The notes below the pieces were generated by a model, which saw only the letters and a list, made by a program, of their open reading frames with translations, did no database searches and had not been told where the DNA came from. Positions 56,410 through 64,000 of a stretch of DNA of 64,000 nucleotides are shown here, in pieces. The first letter of the stretch is position 1. Every line of letters starts with the position of its first letter. Origin of the DNA: Bacilli bacterium (lineage in GTDB: Bacteria; Bacillota_I; Bacilli_A; RF39; UBA660); NCBI GenBank assembly GCA_017404385.1, contig JAFRCK010000022.1, positions 10,674-74,673 on the forward strand, in the 5' to 3' direction. A program made the position numbers and the translations under genes.

Positions 56410-56690
56410 TAGAAGAATTATCAACTAAAGTAACTGATTTTTTCTATGACTATGATCCATATGAATTTAAAGATAATTATGAAAACTATAATGAAGGTTT
56501 GGAGGAAACACAAAGAGTGTTATCCTCTAAATCTGAAACAAGAAATCTTATATTTAATTTAAAAGAGATTAATGATGATTTATACGGAGATGAAGATAAA
56601 ACAATTAAAGAATTTTTCGATAGAAGTTCATCTTTAATTGAAGAATTGAAAGAGTATGAAAAATCATTAAAAGAAGAATATGTATTATGA
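56406..56690 (+). CDS. hypothetical acidic protein
   Basis: 94-aa ORF, translationally coupled on both sides. Confidence 0.35.
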   Translation: MIEELSTKVTDFFYDYDPYEFKDNYENYNEGLEETQRVLSSKSETRNLIFNLKEINDDLYGDEDKTIKEFFDRSSSLIEELKEYEKSLKEEYVL

Positions 56691-57613
56691 AAAAGAAATT
56701 ATTAAAAATTGTATTGGGTAGTAGTACAGGAATAATCGTACTTGCTTTAGTAATACTTGTACCAGTATTAATGGTATTGGATTTTTTTGGAGCTAATATA
56801 ACTGACAATTATGTAGAGAATAATATGGATTATGCCGATAGATATAAAGAGGCAGTTAATATGGCTATGAAAAATAAAAAAGGTTATGTACCTTTAACAA
56901 GAATTCTTTACTTCTTTTTAGAAGATGAGAATCAATCATTTTATCAAATTTATGTAGATAATTTAGATAAAGAAACTAATAGGTTATTACCAATTAGTGA
57001 AGTGTGTGAACTTCAAAAATATAAAAATTTTGATGGGTGTAAAGATTATGAATCTGGAGATCAAATTGATGAAGAACAAAATAAACCGTTCTCTCCACCA
57101 ATTGATTTTTCAAAAGTAACTGTTACATCTTTTTTTATGGAAGAAAGAATAGTTTTTGGAAATTCAGATGTACATGGTGGATGGGATTTAGCATGTGGTA
57201 ATAAGACACCAGTTAAAGCTGTATGCGATGGTAAAGTAACAAAAGTTAGTTTTCCTTATAAAGAAAATGTAACTAATACAAGTGGAGGTGGAGGTAACCA
57301 AATTCATCTCGAATGTGAAATTGATGAAGATGTAACTTATGAAGTTATATATGCTCACCTTTATCCAGACACAGCAAAAGTAAAAACTGGTGATACTGTT
57401 AAAGCAGGAGATGAACTTGCTGGAGTCGGTACAACTGGTTATTCAACTGGACCTCATTTACATTATCAGGTAGAACTAAATGGAAACAAAGTTGATGGTA
57501 TGAGTTTAATAGATTTTGCTGATAATACACCTAACTTTAATCAATATCCAGATTTAACACCTGACCATAATTATAATTTTAATAATAATTATAATAATCA
57601 ATTCAGACCATAG
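56687..57613 (+). CDS. membrane-anchored M23 peptidase (conjugation-associated cell-wall hydrolase)
   Basis: N-terminal TM helix, HGGWDLA and GPHLHYQV metal-binding motifs. Confidence 0.75.
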   Translation: MKKKLLKIVLGSSTGIIVLALVILVPVLMVLDFFGANITDNYVENNMDYADRYKEAVNMAMKNKKGYVPLTRILYFFLEDENQSFYQIYVDNLDKETNRLLPISEVCELQKYKNFDGCKDYESGDQIDEEQNKPFSPPIDFSKVTVTSFFMEERIVFGNSDVHGGWDLACGNKTPVKAVCDGKVTKVSFPYKENVTNTSGGGGNQIHLECEIDEDVTYEVIYAHLYPDTAKVKTGDTVKAGDELAGVGTTGYSTGPHLHYQVELNGNKVDGMSLIDFADNTPNFNQYPDLTPDHNYNFNNNYNNQFRP

Positions 57614-57849
57614 TTAAGACCATAAAATATTATTATAAAATAAGGGATTATTTAATCCTTATGACCATGAATATGGTTGAATTTTGCAAGTGCAAAATAA
57701 GTTTGTCCCCATTAAAAAAGCCGTATTTTCAAAGGAAAATGAAGGCTTTGGGGACATTCTCTTATGCTCTTAAATTATTTGACAAAATAATTATATATTT
57801 TATGGTCTGAATTGAACCATAGTATGTACATATAAGAAGGAGGTAATGT

Positions 57850-58017
57850 ATGAAAGAAGTTAAGATTAGATGTAATGAAGAATTAATAGAGATGATCCAA
57901 CTAATGGCAAAAAGAAGAGGAATAAGTTTGAACAAAATGCTTATTCGATTACTTGAAGCTGGATACTTAAAAACATATGCAGAGGAGGTTGATTATGGAG
58001 AAACTAAATCTAAATAA
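57850..58017 (+). CDS. ribbon-helix-helix small protein (not in ORF track)
   Basis: 55-aa ORF following AAGGAGG. MKEVKIRCNEELIEMIQLMAKRRGISLNKMLIRLLE shows the beta-strand plus two-helix RHH pattern. Confidence 0.5.
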   Translation: MKEVKIRCNEELIEMIQLMAKRRGISLNKMLIRLLEAGYLKTYAEEVDYGETKSK

Positions 58018-58417
58018 ATTAATTGCTAATGATATAGTTAACTATGGAATGGATGAGACTACTAGTTTTAATTATATAGTTAGTTTAAATGATTTTCTAG
58101 ATGATTATGATGAAGATTCTATAACATATATTAAATCTCATATTAACGACATAATTGAAGCTGTACATCAAAATGAAAATGTTGCACAGTTAGATTATGA
58201 TGAATCAAGACAAGAATTTGATATGGTATTTTATTTTGATGGACTATTTAGTAAATTAGATAAAAAAATCTATAATCTATCTCAAGAGATGGGAATAGAT
58301 TTTGAACCTGAAGAAGTTTGGGAGATATCTTATGATATAGAAAATTCTGAAGAGTATAATGATTTGATCACTAGTGCAATTAAAGAAAATTTTAAGACTA
58401 AAGGAAGGGAGATTTAA
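57995..58417 (+). CDS. hypothetical acidic protein
   Basis: The ATG at 57995 follows GAGGAGG. Confidence 0.4.
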   Translation: MEKLNLNKLIANDIVNYGMDETTSFNYIVSLNDFLDDYDEDSITYIKSHINDIIEAVHQNENVAQLDYDESRQEFDMVFYFDGLFSKLDKKIYNLSQEMGIDFEPEEVWEISYDIENSEEYNDLITSAIKENFKTKGREI

Positions 58418-58419
58418 TT

Positions 58420-58734
58420 ATGGCTGATCCACATATATATTTAACTCAAGATATTAAAGATAGAGTAAAAGAATATGCAAATAACAATGGATTAAATTTT
58501 TCTCAAGCAATTAGAAATTTAATAGATATAGGATTAAACACTAGTGAAGAAAATATTTTATTAAAACAAAATAGTGCTTTATTAGAAAAGATATTTTCTA
58601 GACAGTTATATCTAAGAGATTTAATAGAACAGTTTTATTCTGATATGGAAATAGAAAAATTAAGTAATCCTAGAAATAACAAAGCATTACAAAAGTTTAA
58701 AACTAATAAGGATAAATTAAAATACGATGAGTAG
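58420..58734 (+). CDS. RHH-type relaxosome accessory-like protein
   Basis: IYLTQDIKDRVKEYANNNGLNFSQAIRNLIDIG shows the RHH pattern. Directly upstream of and overlapping the relaxase gene. Confidence 0.45.
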   Translation: MADPHIYLTQDIKDRVKEYANNNGLNFSQAIRNLIDIGLNTSEENILLKQNSALLEKIFSRQLYLRDLIEQFYSDMEIEKLSNPRNNKALQKFKTNKDKLKYDE

Positions 58735-60007
58735 TCCTAATGTAGTAGTAAAGAATATGTTTACTCCTAGTTTTAAAAATCTTAATCATATTTATAAAAC
58801 ACAAAATCAAGTACATAATTCAACAATGAATATGTTTGATTATTATGCTAATGAAAAGAAGAAAGCATTTTTTATGCTTGACTACTTTAGTGGAAAAATA
58901 GGTAAAGATAAAGAAATGAATATTATATTTGAAAATGGAGAATATGCTACTAAAAATGAAATTGAAGCAAGAAAAAAACAATATGCTAAATATATAGAAA
59001 ATTCCAATATTTATAAGTTAGTTATTTCTTTTCCAGAAAATTATTTGGAAGAGAATGTAGATATTAAGAAGTTTGAGAAAGATTTAGCAAAGGATATTAT
59101 TCCAATGTTTTTGAAACAATGTGGATTTGAAAATATTGAAAATATGAGTTATCAGTTTTCACTTCATACTAATACAGATAATCTCCATTTTCATTTATCA
59201 TTTACAGAAAAGAAACCTAATTATAAAAGAACTTTCAGTAAAGAATTAGAATATAGACATGCTGGTAAGTTAGAACAAAAAGAATTGAATTTTTTAAAGA
59301 ATGAAATTGAACATTATATTAATTGTGATAAACATATTTATACTTCTTTAGTAAAAGAGACTAATGAAGAAATAGAATTGCTAAAAAAATATTTTAATCC
59401 TAAAGAAAAGAATTTTTTACTAAATGATAAATCAGATATTTTAATTGAAGAAAAGATTAATAAATTAGGAAAACTTTTAGAAGAAAAAAGAGATTCAAAA
59501 AATCAGAGAATAAAATTTAATTCAATTAAAAACAAAGAGATAAGAGATTTAACAAAAGAGATAAAAAGAAATATTTTTTCAAAAAAGGATACAGAGTTAT
59601 ATAATGATTATCAAAATTTTAAAAATAGTTTAAATGAAATTAATAAATATTTTACAGAGATAGCAAAAAGGAATCATTCAAAAGAAGTGGATGATTCTTT
59701 TATTAAGTCAAAACAAAAATATTTAGATAATTATGTTTTAAATGCAATTGTTAATTATGCTCAATATAAAAAAATAACAGATTCTAAAATAATACAAGAA
59801 GCTGTTTATAAAGAATATAAGAAGAATAAAAAGAGAAATAAGTTTGATATTTTAACAAGTTATTTATCTTCAAGTAACAGAAAGTCTCAATTTGTAAGTA
59901 AATACAAAATTAAAGAAGCTGTTAGAAATATAAATGATGAGTTAGAGCAAGCTGAAAAAGAATTTGAGAATTTATTTAAGGAGGACAAAGAACATGTATA
60001 TGAGTGA
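58727..60007 (+). CDS. relaxase/mobilisation nuclease
   Basis: Histidine triad context LHTNTDNLHFHLSF (H-x-D...H-x-H) in the N-terminal half. Genomic position between RHH genes and the coupling protein. Confidence 0.6.
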   Translation: MSSPNVVVKNMFTPSFKNLNHIYKTQNQVHNSTMNMFDYYANEKKKAFFMLDYFSGKIGKDKEMNIIFENGEYATKNEIEARKKQYAKYIENSNIYKLVISFPENYLEENVDIKKFEKDLAKDIIPMFLKQCGFENIENMSYQFSLHTNTDNLHFHLSFTEKKPNYKRTFSKELEYRHAGKLEQKELNFLKNEIEHYINCDKHIYTSLVKETNEEIELLKKYFNPKEKNFLLNDKSDILIEEKINKLGKLLEEKRDSKNQRIKFNSIKNKEIRDLTKEIKRNIFSKKDTELYNDYQNFKNSLNEINKYFTEIAKRNHSKEVDDSFIKSKQKYLDNYVLNAIVNYAQYKKITDSKIIQEAVYKEYKKNKKRNKFDILTSYLSSSNRKSQFVSKYKIKEAVRNINDELEQAEKEFENLFKEDKEHVYE

Positions 60008-60230
60008 AGAAGATGAGAAAAAAATCTATCACATATTTTGTGATATTTCAAAAGTTTGTAGAGATTATTTTTGGTTTAGGTTACATATGCCAAATGATGG
60101 TTGGAGTATAGATGGTGAAGTAAATGAAATGATTGCTTCACTTGAATATCTAAAGCAAACACATAAAGAACTTAGAGCAAAATATCCAGAGGAGGAAGAA
60201 GTATGGGATACAGATCAGATGTCAGAATAA
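59994..60230 (+). CDS. hypothetical small protein
   Basis: The ATG at 59994 follows AAGGAGG. Confidence 0.35.
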   Translation: MYMSEEDEKKIYHIFCDISKVCRDYFWFRLHMPNDGWSIDGEVNEMIASLEYLKQTHKELRAKYPEEEEVWDTDQMSE

Positions 60231-60634
60231 TGACTTCTAAAAAAGGTTTTGATGAATTAAAAAAATTTACAGATCAATATTTAAAAGAAAAGAATTATAC
60301 ATATGGTAATTTACTTGATCAATTAGATTTAAATCATGAAACAAAATATGCTAAATATATTGGTTGGAATTCTATAAAATGGTATGAATATTCAGGATCA
60401 GATTATGAAGATGTAAATGCAATTATGGAAGGACTAAGTCATTTAAAAGATAAAGACTTATCTTATAGATATGCAAGAATAGGAGAATCATATGATGATT
60501 ATGATGAACATTATTATGAAAGTAATAAAGAGGAAGAACAAGATTTAGAATATCCATCAATGGAAAGATATTTTGATGATGATTATGTAATTGATAATAT
60601 GAAACTTGATTCTAAAGAACCAGAACTAACTTAG
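60203..60634 (+). CDS. hypothetical acidic protein
   Basis: 143-aa D/E/Y-rich ORF. No motif recognised. Confidence 0.4.
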   Translation: MGYRSDVRIMTSKKGFDELKKFTDQYLKEKNYTYGNLLDQLDLNHETKYAKYIGWNSIKWYEYSGSDYEDVNAIMEGLSHLKDKDLSYRYARIGESYDDYDEHYYESNKEEEQDLEYPSMERYFDDDYVIDNMKLDSKEPELT

Positions 60635-60643
60635 AGGTATATT

Positions 60644-61093
60644 ATGTATGATGATATTTTAAAAGACTTAGAAACTAATTTAAGTTTTACATATGGAAAT
60701 AATATAACTCAATATGATAGTGGATATATATGTGATGTATTTTCTGAAATAGCTGACAGTAATGTAGATATTTATACTTCAGATTTATTTGAATGGGGTA
60801 AAAGCAATATGTATTATATAGATGAAGCTACTAAAGAATTTGGTAATCCTAATGATATATTAAGACAAATTCAACAAGGACAATACTATGCATATGAACA
60901 AGAATTATATGAGAATCAAGATGATATTATTAAATACTTTGCATATTCTTATTTAAAAGATAATAATATTAAATTAAATATTGATCAAGAAGAAGATTTA
61001 GATGATTATTTATCAGGTGTAGATTCAAATGATAAATTAGAAGATATTATTGATTATTGTAGAAATATTAATAAGGATTATGAATTAGCATGA
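60644..61093 (+). CDS. hypothetical strongly acidic protein
   Basis: 149-aa ORF very rich in D/E/Y/N. No motif recognised. Confidence 0.4.
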   Translation: MYDDILKDLETNLSFTYGNNITQYDSGYICDVFSEIADSNVDIYTSDLFEWGKSNMYYIDEATKEFGNPNDILRQIQQGQYYAYEQELYENQDDIIKYFAYSYLKDNNIKLNIDQEEDLDDYLSGVDSNDKLEDIIDYCRNINKDYELA

Positions 61094-63087
61094 ATATAGG
61101 ATTAATTGTTTTACTTGTAATAATGGTTATTTTTATTATTGGATTTATGTATATAGAACCTATATTAATGAAACATAAGGTAAAGAATGATAATGAGTAT
61201 GGCTCTGCTAGATTCAGTACAAATAAAGAAATAAAAAAGAACTTTAAGAAAGAGAGTATCTATCATATAAAAGAGGCTGGGTTTCCAGTTTCTTTTAGTA
61301 AGAATTTAAAAAGTATTTATTTTGATAGAGAAACACCTCACTATGTTTATTTAGGTTCAACTGGATCTGGTAAGTCAGTAACAGCAGTAATACCAACATG
61401 TATTTTTATATCAAAAGCAAAGAAAAAAAGAAGTGTTTTTATTACCGACCCAAAAGGGGAGATTTATCAAACAACATCGAAGATGTTTCAACATCAAGGA
61501 TATAAAATATTAACTATTGATTTTAGAAATCCAGAGAAGTCAAATAAGATAAATATACTAGAACCAGTAATAAAAGAGTATGAAGAATATATAAACTATG
61601 AAAAATTATCAATCGAATCAGATAACGAGAATGATAAATTAAATTACAATAATAAATCTATGAGTTGTTTAGCTGAAACAAATAGATTAATATCTTCACT
61701 TGCAACAATGGTTATGCAAGATAAAGTAGAACAGAAAGATCCGTTTTGGAATGAATCTGCTAAGAACTTATTAGAAGGACTAATTGGATTCTTTTTAGAA
61801 GAATATAAAGCTGGTAATATTACTAGAGAAAAAATTACTATGACTTCTATTAGAAAATTTCAAAATAGTTCTATGGAGGAAAATAACTTTAAAAAGTTTA
61901 AAGATTATATAAATACTAAATCATATGGAAGTAAGTCCAAAGATGCTTTAGTAAGTATATTAAGTGCTAGTGAGAACACTTATAAATCAATTACAGCAGT
62001 TTTTGGTCAAAAGATGAATATATTTGATGACATTAATGTAGCAAATGTTACTAGTACAAGTGATTTTGATTTTAATATATTAGGAAGTGAACCAGTAGCT
62101 TTATATGTAATTGTTCCAGATGAAGATAAAACATATTTTACTTTAGTAACAATTATAGTTGGATTATTATATAGAGACTTAGTAAAACTTGCTAATAGTA
62201 ATGATAAAAAGAAATTGCCTTATGAAATTGATTTTATATTAGATGAATTTGCTAACTGCCCACCACTTGCTGATATAGAGGCAATAGTGTCAGTAGCTAG
62301 ATCTAGAGGTATGCACTTCCATTTCTTTATACAATCATTTTCTCAGTTAGATAATGTATATGGAAAAGAAGTAGCACAAATTATTTTAGATAACTGTGGT
62401 CTTGTTTATTTAAAAACAAATACACAAGAAACAGCAGAAGCTATTTCTAAAAGATTAGGAAAAAAAACTATTGAATCAAATAGTATGAGACAATCAGTTT
62501 CTCTTATGAATTATAATGGAGATAAAACTACTAATTTAATTGGTAGAGATTTAATGACTCCAGAAGAGGTAAAACAACTTCATTATAAAACAATAATATT
62601 TCCTATAATTGGTTTTCCTATTTTTAGGAATACAGTTTTATATAATAAGTTTAGTTGTTATGAATCTGGTAGAGTAGAAAGAGAATCTAATCCATTAAAA
62701 GATTTATCTTATACATATTTTACTGTAGAACAAATAAAACATGAGATAAAAGAAAAAAGGAAACCTAATCCAAGAGAAGTTAAAGAGATGAATCAGTCAT
62801 TAGAACAAGCTGATAAAGATAATTTAAAACCAGTAGAAGATATAATTGAAAAAATCTTTAAAAAAGGATATCAATTAAAATATCTTGCTAATCCAGTTCA
62901 TAGAATTTATATGCAAATAACATTAAATCGAAATTTGATTCAAAAAGAGAAATCATTATTAAGTAAAAAAATAAAAGAAGAATATTATCATTTTCAAATT
63001 ATTGAAAAAGATAATAAAACAATAATAGAAGTTCATAATGAAAATCCAAATATTAATTTATTAAATAATATGAATAATGAAAGGTAG
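61090..63087 (+). CDS. VirD4/TraG-type type IV coupling protein
   Basis: N-terminal TM helix, Walker A GSTGSGKSV and Walker B FILDEFAN. About 665 aa. Confidence 0.8.
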   Translation: MNIGLIVLLVIMVIFIIGFMYIEPILMKHKVKNDNEYGSARFSTNKEIKKNFKKESIYHIKEAGFPVSFSKNLKSIYFDRETPHYVYLGSTGSGKSVTAVIPTCIFISKAKKKRSVFITDPKGEIYQTTSKMFQHQGYKILTIDFRNPEKSNKINILEPVIKEYEEYINYEKLSIESDNENDKLNYNNKSMSCLAETNRLISSLATMVMQDKVEQKDPFWNESAKNLLEGLIGFFLEEYKAGNITREKITMTSIRKFQNSSMEENNFKKFKDYINTKSYGSKSKDALVSILSASENTYKSITAVFGQKMNIFDDINVANVTSTSDFDFNILGSEPVALYVIVPDEDKTYFTLVTIIVGLLYRDLVKLANSNDKKKLPYEIDFILDEFANCPPLADIEAIVSVARSRGMHFHFFIQSFSQLDNVYGKEVAQIILDNCGLVYLKTNTQETAEAISKRLGKKTIESNSMRQSVSLMNYNGDKTTNLIGRDLMTPEEVKQLHYKTIIFPIIGFPIFRNTVLYNKFSCYESGRVERESNPLKDLSYTYFTVEQIKHEIKEKRKPNPREVKEMNQSLEQADKDNLKPVEDIIEKIFKKGYQLKYLANPVHRIYMQITLNRNLIQKEKSLLSKKIKEEYYHFQIIEKDNKTIIEVHNENPNINLLNNMNNER

Positions 63088-63112
63088 TCCGAAAGGGCTA
63101 CCTCTTTTTTTT
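63083..63112 (+). terminator. rho-independent terminator
   Basis: GGTAGTCC-GAAA-GGGCTACC followed by a T-run. Confidence 0.75.
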
Positions 63113-63187
63113 CTTGCAAAAAATTTCTCTATATTTTAAACTAAGTATAGTATCAATCCTATTTACTGGCAACAGCTTTACGCATAT

Positions 63188-63216
63188 TTGACAAAATAAC
63201 GTTTTTGTGCTATTAT
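63188..63216 (+). promoter_or_regulatory. near-consensus sigma-A promoter
   Basis: TTGACA-N17-TATTAT with an extended -10 TG (TGCTATTAT). Confidence 0.6.
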
Positions 63217-63259
63217 ATACAGCCAAACAAAGGGATTGGTTTGATTGTGAGGGGTTTAT

Positions 63260-64000
63260 ATGAAAAATATTAATGAAACCAAATATAATTATATGCTTGA
63301 ACAAAACAAAGATTACATGGATTTAACTGCTTTGTCTTTTGGTGATAGAAAAATAACTTATGAAGAAATGCATGATAGAATTGAAAAATATGTTAGATTA
63401 TTATATTCAAAAGGAGTAAGACAAGGAGATGTTATTGGTATTTGTGCTTATAATACTCCGGAATCTGTATATCTACTTTATGCTTTAGATATCATTGGTG
63501 CTATAGTCGTTGGTTATAGTCCATTTGATAGTAAAGAAAAAACAAAATTAGATATAGAAATGACTAAACCTAAAATGGTTATAAGTGTTGATATGTGTTA
63601 TAAAAATTTTAAAGATTGGGAAAAGGCTTTAAATTTTTCTACAATTTTGTACTCGCCAGTTGATTCTTTAGATGATATGAAGATAAAGGTTGGATATAAA
63701 TTATTACAATTAAAAAACGGTAATTTTAAGTTATCAAAAGATAGCAACTTAAAATCATTATTAAAGAAAAATTATAGTGATGTTGATTATGTAAAAGCTC
63801 CATTTGAACAAGATGGATTAAGAGATATTTTATTTACAGGTGGATCAACAGGAATTCATAAGGGTGTTGAATTATCAGATAATGGATTAAATTCAGTAGT
63901 GGAAGGAATGAATTCTATATTCCCAGCTGAACCTGGTATGATCCATTTAGGAAATATTCCATTTGGTCATATGGCATATGGTCGTTCAATATTACATTAT
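63260..64000 (+). CDS. AMP-dependent synthetase/ligase, 5' part (continues beyond window)
   Basis: The ATG at 63260 follows GTGAGGGG. The ORF is open to the window end. Adenylation motif ILFTGGSTGIHKGV. Not in the ORF track because it has no stop in the window. Confidence 0.7.
   Translation, partial: MKNINETKYNYMLEQNKDYMDLTALSFGDRKITYEEMHDRIEKYVRLLYSKGVRQGDVIGICAYNTPESVYLLYALDIIGAIVVGYSPFDSKEKTKLDIEMTKPKMVISVDMCYKNFKDWEKALNFSTILYSPVDSLDDMKIKVGYKLLQLKNGNFKLSKDSNLKSLLKKNYSDVDYVKAPFEQDGLRDILFTGGSTGIHKGVELSDNGLNSVVEGMNSIFPAEPGMIHLGNIPFGHMAYGRSILHY

Larger units (their letters stand above)
44297..63112 (+). mobile_element. conjugative element / integrated conjugative plasmid module (Gram-positive type IV secretion, relaxase, coupling protein)
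   Basis: Co-directional genes for ParB-like protein, adhesin plus sortase, initiator-like protein, SSB, VirB2/3/4/6-like proteins, M23 hydrolase, RHH proteins, relaxase and VirD4-like protein. Ends are not defined, and no integrase lies inside the window. Confidence 0.75.

Noticed and set aside
57611-57622. The 12-mer TAGTTAAGACCA is shared between the end of the M23 gene region and the right core of array repeat R1 (37470-37481)
   Set aside because: A single 12-nt match in 64 kb of AT-rich DNA is expected by chance. No extended similarity surrounds it.
57774-57790. ATTTGACAAAATAA is shared between 57776-57789 and the promoter at 63185-63198
   Set aside because: The 14-nt identity includes a consensus -35 hexamer, which is common. 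At 57779 no acceptable -10 box follows at 16-18 nt, so it is not called as a promoter or as a specific operator.
44297-63112. Prophage interpretation of the 44-63 kb block
   Set aside because: No terminase, portal, capsid, tail or holin-like genes are present. The VirB4-like, VirD4-like and relaxase genes, and the sortase-anchored adhesin, indicate conjugation instead.

Overview
AT-rich Bacillota-type chromosome segment. UGA is used as a stop codon, and all but three credible genes lie on the + strand. No tRNA, rRNA or CRISPR array was seen. All calls rest on motif recognition by eye; no searches were run.

1-31.5 kb, mostly core genes: sugar transferase, trmB, a T-box-controlled HAD-tyrS pair, and a long tightly packed string (YgjP-like, three mTERF-like repeat proteins, TrmH-family methyltransferase, rimM, an extended trmD, trpS, GT2). 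Further on come rplS with an L19-type leader, lepB, a P-type ATPase, an ABC exporter, a Nudix hydrolase and a class B sortase.

31.5-44.3 kb, accessory island: a decayed DUF3781 gene, a second Nudix hydrolase, and a TIR-TM-propeller protein followed by a TraB/GumN lipoprotein and a Nif11-like protein. Next comes the most unusual feature of the window, an integron-like array at 36.5-44.3 kb. It holds eight co-directional cassettes with nine ORFs: RhuM, NADAR, GNAT, CYTH-like, amidohydrolase-like and unknowns. The cassettes are separated by one conserved bipartite repeat family that carries:
- a duplicated core site
- a promoter-like module
- a covarying hairpin
- an RBS plus mini-ORF
No recombinase is visible in the window.

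44.3-63.1 kb, conjugative-element or integrated-plasmid module: ParB-like protein, thioester/CnaB adhesin with its own sortase, initiator-like protein, SSB, VirB2/3/4/6-like proteins, M23 hydrolase, RHH proteins, relaxase and a VirD4-type coupling protein. No integrase is in view. The window ends in a 5' partial AMP-dependent ligase gene.
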